DNA of 64,000 bases from Lingula anatina. Taxonomy: Eukaryota > Animalia > Brachiopoda. The stretch covers positions 2,976,001 through 3,040,000 of the forward strand of contig CM120649.1 in assembly GCA_051362555.1 (NCBI GenBank), in the 5' to 3' direction. Shown piece by piece: positions 42,037 through 54,859 of this stretch. The number at the start of each line of letters is the position of its first letter. Positions within the stretch are counted from its first letter, which is position 1. Both the position numbers and the translations under genes were made by a program. Below the pieces are notes generated by a model that saw only the letters and a list, made by a program, of their open reading frames with translations, had not been told where the DNA came from and made no database searches.

Positions 42037-43803
42037 AAAATGAAAGGAAACCAGTTCAATTGATGATGATGGAATATCTTGCCTGATGGATGGAGTTCTA
42101 ACAAAAGTAAAATTTAAAAAAGAGACATCACTGAAAAGTTTTCATCAAAGAGGTATTTTGATATTTTTGAAGACAGATTTTAAGGACTTTACCAACAAAG
42201 AAAAACTTAATGATGAAACAAACATGCCACTGATGATTACAACTGCCACGGGATAGAAGAAAGTTATTAGAAAGTATTTAATTGTTTGACAAGTGGCAAA
42301 TTGATTAAATATATGGGCTTCAAAGCAGTTCCAGCTCCAAATCAGTGAAGCAGTACATATTTCTGTTACACTGCTGTAGCTTTAAGTGACCATGAAAGCA
42401 AATGAAAATTGCAGTATCATGGAAAAATATTGTGATGAGATTAATTTGAGGTAGTATCAAAGATTAGGGTAACTACGAGAATAACTTCCACTGTTGGTAT
42501 AATATAAGGATTGAAGAGGATTGGGGTAAAATGGAGAGATAAGTATTGTATTTTCCATTTTCAGCTGTTACTGATTGCTAGTTTTAAACTGTAGGTTAAC
42601 TTACCTTCTTGTCTACTTTAAAAATATAATATACCTGTTTAAATGAAATGTTCTTCAGTAAACTATATTTCTATGCAGGCTATAATGCTTTAAAATAATA
42701 ACTTTTGCAATGCTATCAACAGATTAAACATAGTTTTGGTATTATCCACACTATAAACTTAATATTCTTACAAGTATTCATGTACTAACTATGAGTGGAA
42801 ATCTGCGTATCTTGAAATTTGGCCTTTTTGGCTTTTTTCCCCTCACTGGTTGTGTCACTTTTGCTCAAAAAAGGTTGTTAAAAGTTTGAAAGAGAATTCA
42901 AACTTAGATTGCTGCTTTAGCACTCTGCTTTGATATTTCATTACAAGTATATAAGTTTTCTGTGATTAGCTACATATACTTATATATATTTATGCATATT
43001 CGTAAAGCTGTGAATTTACTGTTTGTACCAACTGGTATTAAAACTCATAATAAATGGAGGGACTTTTAATGAGTATGCTCTATTGATAAAGAGTTTACTT
43101 GATATGATGTCTAATTAAAATTTTTAGGGTTAAATATCTTTACAATTTACAGTCAGTTCAGGAATTTATCAAAGGAGTCCCACAGTTTATGTGACTTTTG
43201 GAGTAAGGTTGTACTTTTTTGATAAAGGCATTTTAAATAAAATATTTTGTATATTATAACTGAAAACAGTTGTTGTTCAATTTATACTTGCAGATGAGTG
43301 CACGTTTACATGAATATTTTTCATAACACATAAATGTTACATAAATGTACATATTTATTATACAGTTTCATTTATGGTGAGTTTGTGTCCCTATTTCTCA
43401 TATATACAAATATTTCGTTACTTTTAAACATGATATAGATAAAAGGCAATATTTGCACAATTAACTTCTTCACATCAGCTATTGATTTTTTTACTACATC
43501 TGAAATCCAGCAAATGTACAAAAATGTACAAAAAGATCTGACAATATTTAATGCTGCCTAAAACCTGATTGTGTTTACAAACTTCATCTGAAAATATCTG
43601 ACAACATGATCGTTTCAAAAGTAAGACCCAACTTAATTAAAATCATCAGGTAAGTGTCAGCATTATAGCATTTATTAAACTATGTAAAATAGTCTGAAGA
43701 ACTGAATTTAAGTCTTTGATGTTGTTTCTAGGTAATAATCTTCATATTCAGCACAGTATGACCAATAATACTATAAAATAAAAAGTATGACATAAATTAT
43801 TGT

Positions 43804-45770
43804 TTAAAAGTCAATAGCTTGTAGCATGAGCACTTTGTTTTCTATAATATCCTTGAGCCATTTTTCTCTAAACCTTGACTGTCCAGGTCTGAAAAATGAA
43901 TAAAATAAATAATGATACTAACCATCTAGTTGAGTAGATAATATAATCTACAGTAATATGCCAAACAATTCGACCAAGTTTATATAGTATGTCAAATATG
44001 CTTTCTATTCTTCATTGCCTCTGTGTTCAATATTTACTAAAAATTTCAACTCGGAACATCAGTCTGATAACAGGGGCAGATCCAGAGATTTTTGTAACAG
44101 TCTTCCAAATTATGTTTCTTGATCCATTCTCCATTTTTGACCAACTTCTGACAGAAAAAATTAGTTGCCCGTCAATGTAAAACTTAAAATTCTGACTGTC
44201 TTCTGGAAAACCCAGAAGACGGCCTCCATCCACCCCTGGGTATACTCAGGTGACAGGTACCATTGGGCAGACATGTGAAAAGTTTTGTGGGACCATTGTA
44301 AAGAAAAAAGCCTTCTATATATTTTTGGATAAAACATTTAAATGCATAAAACACATACATGGATAAGAAAACTTTTATTGATTTCTGTATGTTCTTTTAA
44401 ACACAAGGACACATAATAGTACTTACATGTGAACAAGTCTGTTGGTTTCGAAGACATAATATACATCTACAGGATATGTCTGAAACAAAAAAGTTCAAAA
44501 TATACATGAATGAAGTTAATTAAAGCAAGAAACAAACAAACAAAAAATAATAAGAAGAACAATTTTCTTTTATGCCACATGATAATAATAATAACAATCA
44601 TAGAAAATAATTTTTTGAAAACATACTTTTACTAATTTTAAATTATCATTCAAGTACAACCATATTTTATTATTATTATTGATAAAATACCTTTCAGTCC
44701 CCCCAAAAAAATGAAAAGAAAAAGAAAGAAAGGGACAAAGGAAGAAAGAGAAATATAAAATAGAGAGAAAGCAATTAATGACTTAGAATTTTGTATAAAA
44801 GCCAACAAACAAACAAAAAAATAACAGTAATAGAGTACAGCCCCCCCCCCCCCCCCCCAAAAAAAAAAAAAAAAAAAAGTATTTAAAAATGTTGATTTAA
44901 TATAGTCACCTTAGGCTTAATCTTAGATACCACAAAAGTGAAGTAGACACTGGCTGTAGCTCTGGGGATTGGTTTCCTACGGGTAGGAATGCTCCAGCGC
45001 ACTCTGTACCTGAACCTCTTGTCAAACTCAAAGTCATCCTCTTGTAAGAAGTCTATGCAGTATAACCATGCGCCTTCATAATCCCACGTCTAGAAACAAT
45101 TGTTTATATTTATATTTATATTATCTTTTTCATATATATTCTTTTGAAGAATATTAAAAAAATAAGACTCTTAATTACTTTTTTGGAATCTAGTTGAATT
45201 TTCTAAATTTTCGACAAAACAATCTTTACCACAACTATTTACAGATTCTTTGGAATTATTTACAGATCTTTCTATTGCATTCAAATAATCCCAAGTTTCA
45301 AGGTCTGCTGAAAAGTCAGCCCTATTATGGGCATACCTATGTTGGGTAGTGGCATGACCTTTAGGGTGCTTTGTGTCAAATTGACAATTTATATTCCATA
45401 CATTCGAGTTAAAAATATTAATAGTGACAACATTCTTACAAGCATACGTTTCCCATATGCTTTACTGCATTCATAAACTCTATTATTTTGTTTCTAAATT
45501 CATTATATACCAGATAGTACACTTGTCACTTGCCTTTAAGAAATCATTAATTTTGTCTTCTCCCTTCTGTATTGTAAACTCCTCTATTGTCAACCATTCA
45601 ATATTTTTCACTTGATAATCCTCTCTGAGATTTTCCAAAGAAAGCAACGTGGTCTGTCGTGATGTGTCCCTCTCCAGTAAGTGTTCAGATTCTAGTTTCT
45701 TCACTGCACTGTTTAACACCTGGTCCACTAGTTCATGTGCCACCTCAGCATACTGCTCCCCTGTGTCCAT
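43804..45770 (-). CDS. AKAP14: A-kinase anchor protein 14 (AKAP28 family, axonemal)
   Basis: Coding exons 45770-45534, 45089-44910, 44479-44427, 43888-43804; probable non-coding first exon ending 46323. RII-binding-like helix VAHELVDQVLNSAVKKL, NIEWLTIEEFT, YRVRWSIPTRRKPIPRATASVYF, PVDVYYVFETNRLVH.PGQSRFREKWLKDIIE. Confidence 0.9.
44071..44250. repeat. Interspersed repeat (CAGGGGCAGATCCAG start), related to 18236-18410
   Basis: Visual alignment of shared blocks. Confidence 0.6.
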
Positions 45771-46379
45771 TGTGTTATGTCTATGTCTATGTGTGTCTGG
45801 TCCGTTCCTGCAAGTAAAAAAAAATAAGTTTGTTACTGTACAGTAATATGCTTGCACTATGAAGTCTGAGGCTCACCTTTGATAATAAACTATTAAAGAA
45901 TCATTAATATTTAACAGATGCAAACCATCATAGTGACCCAGATAAACTAATGTACGTAGTGGAAATAGGAAATATTATAATGGGCAAACGAAACATATGC
46001 GTGTGTAAAATGGGGCACTTGGATTACTGAAAATTCATGTTATCTAAAATAGACCACAGTTTCCTGGTTGTTCAGTAAGGGTCCATTATTAGTGTCCTTG
46101 ATGGTAAATTAGCTTTAGATATCCTGATTCACAAGTGTGACTATAGATACCACGTATACTTATTAACTAAAGAATGAGTGAAAATTCTGAGATTTTTTAA
46201 CTGCTTATTTTAAAAACAAAATAACCGAACCGATAGTGGTTTTTAAAATACATACTGAAAGATTTGTAGTAAGACGTATACAACGGGTTTAATAAATGTA
46301 TCTTTTTTCAATAGGGACCCACCTTATTCGCTAAAAAATACGATTATTTCATGAAAAGTTCGCCAAAATCCTCCATCAG

Positions 46380-46530
46380 CGTGCAGCTTTGTTATGGCAA
46401 CAGCGGAAGTTGCTTCGACCCAATCAAATTCCTTGTTATAATCTTGCCTTTCTAAATATTTCGCATTATTCCCTTTGATTGGGCAATTAGTGCTGCGCAT
46501 GGTGCGTGTTTACTTCCTGTTCAAAATGGC
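46380..46530. promoter_or_regulatory. Compact bidirectional promoter AKAP14 / CDC16
   Basis: X-box-like TTTGTTATGGCAAC (46388-46401), ETS CGGAAGT and ACTTCCTG, CCAAT boxes in both orientations (CCAATCA ~46420, GATTGG ~46477), NRF1-like TGCGCATG, YY1 AAAATGGCG over the CDC16 ATG. Confidence 0.7.
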
Positions 46531-49500
46531 GGGGGAAGTTGAAGATCAAAGCTGCGATGGAGTAAAAAGTGTTGATCTGAGTCGTTTGCGTGCTATTGTT
46601 AAGTCTCATATTGAAAAGGTAGAGACTTATACCTATTTCTATTTTGATAAAACTGTTAGATATGTCCAACTACCTTGAGAAACGATATACGTTGTAAAAG
46701 CACGGTTACGATAACGTGATGTCATTCATTCCCACTAATCAATCTCGCAAAAAATGTAAAATTTCTCTCTCGTTTTATATTTCTATACTTAACTCGATCC
46801 GTTGGGATAAATGTGTTTTAAGCTATAGAATTATGAATATGCGCCTCGCTGGCAAGTTGATATCAGTAGAATATATCAGACCACTCGTCAAAAACATTTT
46901 TCAGTCGGTTTTTATTGCTTTTCAGCATCAGTATGAGTCTGCATTATTTTGGGCGGACAAGGTGGTGTCACTGTCAAACGGTAAGAAATAATTCAAATAG
47001 TTTTAAAAGAGTAATATTAATGTTTGGTTTTGATAATTTTGCCGATTTGAAATTTTTATTGCACTCCAAAGCTAACACACTTTATTGACGAGTTAAAGTT
47101 TAATTTGGAGGAAAGTGTTTTAGCGGTTTAAAATTCTTTTCTTCTTCTTATTAATTCATTATTTATTGTAGGAGAAGTTGCAGATGTGTACACATATGCT
47201 CAGACCCTTTTCTTAACCAAACAGTACCACAGAGCTGCATATTTGATAACCAATAGAAAATTAGAAAAGGTGTGTTTGAAATAATTTATGATAGGTCTAC
47301 ACCATTTTAAAGTAACAGCATTTTTTCATCACATGGTAAAGATGCAATGGCCCTGCCTGGATTTTTGATGTTTGACTGTTAATTTGTAGTAGTGAAAACC
47401 ATGTCAAGTTTGTGAATATCTGATTTATTGCCATAAACTTATTTAAGTGAAAGGGTGGCTTGTTTAAATCAAATTAAAATCCTTTGGTGAAAAAAAGGAT
47501 GAACAAGTGGTGATTTGGTTAAGTGAAAAAAAATGCTACTGCCATCACAACACAACATGCCATAATGGCTATGTCGTATTTTTCAGACTAATGCAGCTTG
47601 CAGGTTTTTAGTAGCCAAATGCCATGTAAGTAAAACAGTACTAGTGCAGAAAGCAAAAGCTCTAGCTTTGAAAATGATCATATGACACAAGCAAATAACT
47701 TTTGATAAACCCATTGCATTCATTGAAAATTAAGAGGCCAGTAACATAAGACTAAGTCATGTATTGGCTTTGGTTGGTTTGAGAGAAAAAGAGACTAAAA
47801 TTGCCATTATCAAAATTTCAATATTTCAATATTCAGTATGAATGTAAAGAGTACCAAGAAGCACTAGAAGTATTGGACAGCAGTGAAACACCGGGAACAG
47901 GAGGGATTAGAAGAAGTATTATTAAAGAGCAGGTTGAGTCTCAGGATGAAAGTGGAGAACCATTAAACAAGGTAAACCATAATGAAATAATTTTGTTTTG
48001 TTATATTTTTCCCTATTTGCAGATATTTTGAACTTGTGGAAATTTATGTATTATTATAATTGTTTACATTATGTTTAGATAATTCAAGTTTTTCATGAAT
48101 GAAAGCTTTTTTTCTGAAAATTCAAGTTGTAATTTCCTTATTTTATTTTTTCTTCTTTAAAATTCTATTTTTAAATAGAAAGAATTATCATTTTACAAAT
48201 AATCTTAAAAGAGAAAAGGTAATAAAGATAAACTTTTTGGGGGTATTTTACCAAGATTTTATCTAATGACTTAAATGACCTTAAATAATGCAGTCAAGTT
48301 TAATCAGTATAAAACATGTGATAAGTAGCCCAAAGTTGCTGGTATTATTGAAGGGTTTTAGACTTATTATTATTATTATTTTTACAGATGTCAAGTTCTA
48401 TCCACTTGCTCAGGGGAAAGATTTACGAGGCCCTGGACAATAGAAATCTTGCAGTGGAATGTTTGCGGGAGGCCCTGAGAGAGGATGTGTACAATTTTGA
48501 AGCCTTTGATGCTATGATTGGTCATCATATGTTGATGGCTAGTGAAGGTGAATATACGGTTATGTATGCTGTTACTTAAAAATGGTGAAACGCCAACAAT
48601 ATGAAAAATTGTCATGGCTACAATAAAAGTGCTGTCATGGTAAAATTGTAAAATGATTATTGGTCAAGATTACAAAGTAAATGCTTTTAAAAGTGGCAAA
48701 ATGTCTGGAGTCATGTAAAATTGTTTTAAAATATGGTAATTAATCATGGGTACAATATCAAATTGCATCACTGAGGACATTTTCTTGTAAACCCTCCCAA
48801 CCCCAAAAATTTAGAGACTGGTGTTTGTTTAATTATGCGCCAAGTGCTCCATGTTTACTTTTTCAAAATAAAGGTTATAATAATATGTCTCACCACTGGT
48901 ACATAAGTAAGCTAAATTTAATGTCATTCCACATAAGTAAGTTTATGATCATTTTTTGTGGTTCTGTTATGGGTTTCATAACTGATTTTCAGGACATTAA
49001 TATTTTGATGGTTCTGTATTTCCAGAGAAGGAATTACTGGATTCTTTACCCTTCAGTCAACAGTGTCCTGAGGAAGAAACAGAACTCATCCGCTTCCTGT
49101 ATGAAAATAGACTGAAAAAGGTTGGCAGATTTGTCCTGAACACTGTAGAGTTCACAAATGCATTGCTGCATGTTGTGTAGGCTCTGAATACTTTGTCTGC
49201 AGAGAAAAATATGCTCACGCGCACATATGGATGCATGCACGCACATATACATACACCCACATACTCACTGGCCTTTGCAATTTAAAGACAAACTTTTTCA
49301 TGCTCTCCACAAATTTTCACATAAGCAACTGCAGTTCACTTAGTACATAAATGTGTGTATGTGTGTACATACGTAAAAACACAACTGCCTTCTTAAACAT
49401 CGAAGAAAATTTAAACACTCAATTTAATATTCTTAGTGTATTACCATTCAATTCAATTCAACGAAATCATGCTAAGACTCTGTATTATCCCAGAAAGGAG

Positions 49501-52500
49501 TTATTATTAGCTGACCCACGGCTTTCTATGTTCCAGTACAACAAACCTCAAGAACTGGCCATTCCCACAAGTTTAAACAAACTCCATGACAACCTTGACA
49601 TAGTGGTGAACACAGCAGAGAGACACTATTACAACTGTGATTTCAGAGAGTGCCATAAAGTAACTTCCATGTGAGTTTATAGTCATTTCATATTGAGTGT
49701 AGGCAGTGCCTTAGAGACCCCATTCCCATAGACTCTATTGGTATACATGGATCGACCCAACTCTTGCTGACTGCAATCAGCTTAACTGAATGACACACAG
49801 AGCTCGGTCGATCCAATGTCTATGGAAATGGGGCCTTAGAGACTCGATTAGAACAGTCACTGAAGAGGCATTTAGAAGGGTAGTAAAATATATATTTTAA
49901 AGTATTGTCAGTGTCTTACAAACTTGACTACAAGTATTGTCATGTTTGAAAGAGTTTTTCTGTGTCTTTTTGCTGAAATGTATACATGGTTCATAAGGAT
50001 GGTAATGCAGTTAAAAAAGAAGAAATGCATAAATTTTGTGACTTTTTATAATGATCAGATTTATGCTTCAGGGTACTTGCCAAAGATCCATACAACAGTA
50101 GATGTCTGCCTCTTCATATAGCAGTATTAGTGGAGCTTCATCAGTCAAATAGTAAGCTGGATAACTGTGCCAATGTTCAAATTGTTATCTAAAACTTTAA
50201 AATATATAATGGGTGTTAGACAAGGGGGTTAGGTTTTGAGTCACACACTTGAATTTCACTGTTGTTGGTAAAATGAGAAAATTTTTCAGATTGTAATTTT
50301 CTGAACAGCGTTGGATAATGGAGTGATAAAGGAAAACTTGGTTATATTTCCAGAAATAGCTTTTTTTTTCTCTCTTTGCTATGTAAAGGTGTAACAGTTA
50401 TTGTGTGCCTGATTGAAAAATGTCGATAAATGAGAAGTCACTTTTTATTTTAAAATAGTTATATAAACCATTGTTAAATAAAGTAAGAAAGCTTAGTTTT
50501 TGGTATTTTATTTTTCAGATTTATTTTACCTCGCTCATAAGTTGGTGGATTTGTACCCAAACAAAGCAGTAAGTTGACATCATTGATAATAATAAAACAT
50601 ATTAAAAATAATGTAATTAATTCTGAATATAGGCAAAGAAAATTCTGGCTTAAACAATAACTTTTCAGGTACATGTTTCTTACTCTCATTTGTATGTATA
50701 AAACTTCCATGAAATTTATTCATATTCATTCTTTTTTTGTCATGCACAGTCATGCACATGCATTTTTCTTTGTTTGTGAAATAAATCTGTTATTTTTAAA
50801 TTGAGTAACGCTTTCCTAATCCTGCATTTTTCAGGTAGCTTGGTTTGCCGTGGGCTGTTATTATTACCTGGTGGGCAAGCATGACCCCGCCAGAAGGTAT
50901 TTCAGGTAAATAGGTGTACAGTCTTTAAAATCAGGATTATTACATATAGACTTCTTCATTATCAATTATATAGCAAAAATTGTAAAAGGGTCATCAAGGA
51001 GGGAGAGGGGGGGCCATTTGATCAATAATGGCCAAGAAAATTGTATTTTTTTTATACTTCAGCTTGTAAACAAATTATTTTTCAGCTTAATTTAAGAGTA
51101 AAGCCTGTCAAGGTAATATATCAATTAAACAGTTGAGCAGTGTGAGAGTTTTTCACTACATCAACAAGGGTATCGAGTCGTCAAATAAATTAAAGTCTTT
51201 ATTTTAATATTTCCTATTCCAGCAAGGCTACAAGTCTTGACCGGGTGTATGGTCCAGCCTGGCTGGCCTTTGGTCACTCTTTTGCCGCCGACAACGAACA
51301 TGATCAAGCCATGGCCGCCTATTTTACTGCATCACAGCTGATGAAGGGGTAAACAGTATTTGTTTTTATTATGTACAGACACAGATGTGTCTGTACATAT
51401 TGCCATCACCTGCGTCTGTCGTCGCCGTCGCCGATCATGTCGCCGTCGCCGTCGCCGTGCACTTTCAGCGTTAACACCATAAGTGGAAGACAGTTTTACT
51501 TTTTGGCTTTATATTTACAGAGCTGATGAATATTCATAAAACACAGGTCAAGTTCGAAAATCAGCATGATCGGGCCATTATTGTAGAATTTATGCTGTTT
51601 TTTTCACTTTTCAGCATATATGCAACACTGTTAACACATTTCAAGGAAAACTGGTAGGCCTGTTGTCATGAAACTCACAGGAGTAATCAATCTTACTAAA
51701 AAGCAGATCAAGTTCGAAAATCGGCATGATCGGGCCACTATTTTAGTAGTTATGCTGTTTTTTCACTTTTCAGCATATATGCAACACTGTTAACACATTT
51801 CAAGGAAAACCCATAGGCCTGTTGTAATGAAACTCACAGGAGTAATCAATCTTACTAAAACGCAGGTCAAGTTCGAAAATCAGCATAATCGGACCATTAT
51901 TTTATAAGTTATGCTGTTTTTTCACATTTCCTCAGATTCAATTCTTAGGCATGTTAACAGTCTCATTATTTAATTAATAAGATATGTAAAAGTGTTTGTT
52001 TGACATTTCCTGCATCTTTACAACATTGTTAGTTGATTACGTAAAAATGATGGTAAACTTGTAATCGTGTATTGTGTAATAAGGTGTCAAAAATGGAAAT
52101 AAACTCATATCATTGCAGTTTGTAAGATTCAATCATTCACTATGTTCAGAAACTCAGAATGGAGGAAATTGGACATTTGACACTGTTCTATTGATATTTT
52201 TCACATCTCATCAATTTTCTTAGTTGATCATATAAAAATGGCAGTAAACTGTTAATTTTGTTTTATGTTAAAAAAGTGTTAAAAATGAAAAAAAAAACCT
52301 TTCAGAACAGTGCTGTCTTGTTTACATTTTGGCATTTTCAAGTTGTGACTTTGAAGTTCCATGGGCCTGAAGACCTTTGCTAGTCACATTTTCTGAATAT
52401 CCATAATACTAATATTTTATTATTAAAAATTGATGGTCATTATGCTGTTAAACGTTATGTAATATTGCATCAAAATTTGGAAAAAAATATTTTGGGCACT

Positions 52501-54811
52501 GCTCCCATGATGACCATTGAAGAAAAATCATGTCACTTACTGTTCTCAAACTTACAGGAAAGAAACATGGGACTAAAATACAGCTTCAGTAGGCAATGCA
52601 GTCTGTTTGGTAATTCTTTCTGCTAGTTAAACAGTTTTTTTTTTTGTGAAAATTTAATTTTTACATATTGGCATTTTCAAGGTGTGACTTTGAAGTTCCA
52701 TGGGCTTGAAGACCCATGCTAGTCACATTTTCTGAAAATCCATGATACGTATATTTTATTATTAAAAACTGACGGTCATTATGCTGTTAACCACTATGTA
52801 ATATTGCATCAGAATAGAAGAAAACACAATTTTGGGTGCTGCTGCCATGATGACCATTATGGGAAAACCATGTTACTGATGATTGCCAAACGTTCAGAAA
52901 AGAAATACAGGACTAAAATGCAGCCTGAGTTGGAAAAGCAGTCTAATTGGCTTCTTTTTCTGGAAGTTATACATTTTCAAAGTGTGAACTTGAACTCCCA
53001 TGGGCCTGAAGCCTTATGCTTGTTACACATTTTTCTTACATTGGTATTACCTGTTGAGCATAATTAAAATTTGATGTTGAATTTGCAGTTTAACATAATG
53101 TACTTTTGCATCAGAATTGACAGTAGCCTATTTTGTGCATAGTTATTTCCTGCTTTTTGTCTGTACATTTGACAGCTTTGCTGCCTTGTACAATGTTGCT
53201 TTAAGGGATATTCAGAAGTGGTGTCAATAATTTACTGATGACCCTTGTGTTTCTGGTAAACCCCTGAAGTGGTCAGATATACAGAAAGTGATTGCAAATG
53301 ACGATAAATTATTATTTTGCTCTTGTTTAGGCCCTAGAAAAGGACACTCAACGTTCCCCTTTAACATTGTGCTCAAGCCAGCAGAGAGAAGAGACATATT
53401 TTTCAACTCTGATTTTAGAGAGTGCCACAAAGCAAAGAAACATCTGTGTGAGTTTATAGTGATTGTAAATGTAATAAATAATCTATTCTTTCAATTGTAG
53501 ATGTCATCTACCTGTGCTGTACATAGGACTGGAGTATGGTTTGACCAATAACTCCAAGCTGGCGGAGAGGTTCTTCCAGCAGGCGTTAAATGTGGCCCCC
53601 GAGGATCCGTTTGTTCTACATGAGATGGGGGTGATAGCTTTCCACAATCAGGAGTAAGTCTGGAAATTAGAGAATAAAGAACTTTGAGCTGGTGAAGTGA
53701 AAGTGTTAGATTTTTGTCTTGGGTGTAATTACCACAAATCTTTTGTACAATGAAAGTCAGTTTCTTTCCTCCTCTCTTTCGGCTGTCTCCTATGTCTTTT
53801 TTCTCTCTCTCTTACACTCTCTCTCTCTCTCTTCCTCCCTCACAATTTCCCTACACTCCCCCCACTTGCCCCTCATACCTCTTCTGTCTCTATACCCCCA
53901 TCTTTCTCCTTATATCCCCCCTCTCTTCTTCTATTCTCTCTCTCTTCCTCTCTCTCTCTCAGAATTTTGCTGATATGTTTAAAGAATGTGTAACTGTTGC
54001 TTTCTTCAGCTGGGTTGCAGCAGAGAAATATTTCCAAGATGCGCTGGAGAAGATCCGCTGTGTGACTCCTGACGTCATGATAGAGAAGTGGGAGTCCCTG
54101 CTTAATAACCTGGGGCATGTGTCCCGAAAACTGAAGTGAGTGTATGCTTACAGTATAGACAGGCCCATAGCCAGAGGGGGGGATGGGGGAGGGGAGTTCT
54201 GGAGGTTCAAACATCTGCCCCCTTTTTGCCAGGAAAAGGCCCACCCTGAGTAAAATTTTGAGCTAAATACAAGAGGTTTCATGGTAAAAGGCCCACTTTT
54301 TCAGAAAAAGATACCCACCACCCTCCTTTGAAAATGCCTTCTACAGGCCTGCTAGTGGTACAAGAAGAAGTATGCATACATGCACATATACTTGTTTATA
54401 TGCCTGAAAACTTCTTCAATATTTTGGGAGCATATTTGAGATAGCTTGCTTACAAACGAACGAGCCACCACTGATGAAAACAATATCCTCAGGGATGTGA
54501 TTTTTCTCATTTTTGGGGGCCATAAATATCATTGGCCTAAGCAGCCACCTGGGCCCAACACAATATTTTACATCTTTTTTACGAAATGGTAGTCTCATCC
54601 CTGCTTCCTTCATTGGTCCAGATATTCATGCATTTCATTTGGTGTCCAGGAAGTATGAAGAAGCTCTGGAATACCACAGGCAGGCACTAATAGTCAGTCC
54701 TCAGACCCCGTCTACGTATTCTGCCATTGGATATGTGTACGCCCTGCAAGGGAACTGTCATGCTGCTGTCGATTACTTTCATAAGGTATAAATTTCTCTC
54801 TCTATCTCCTT

Positions 54812-54859
<48 letters not shown>

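Noticed and set aside
53234-53270. TGATGA...CTGA as an intronic C/D snoRNA
   Set aside because: Boxes only about 30 nt apart, no terminal stem, and the region is explained as a decayed exon duplicate.
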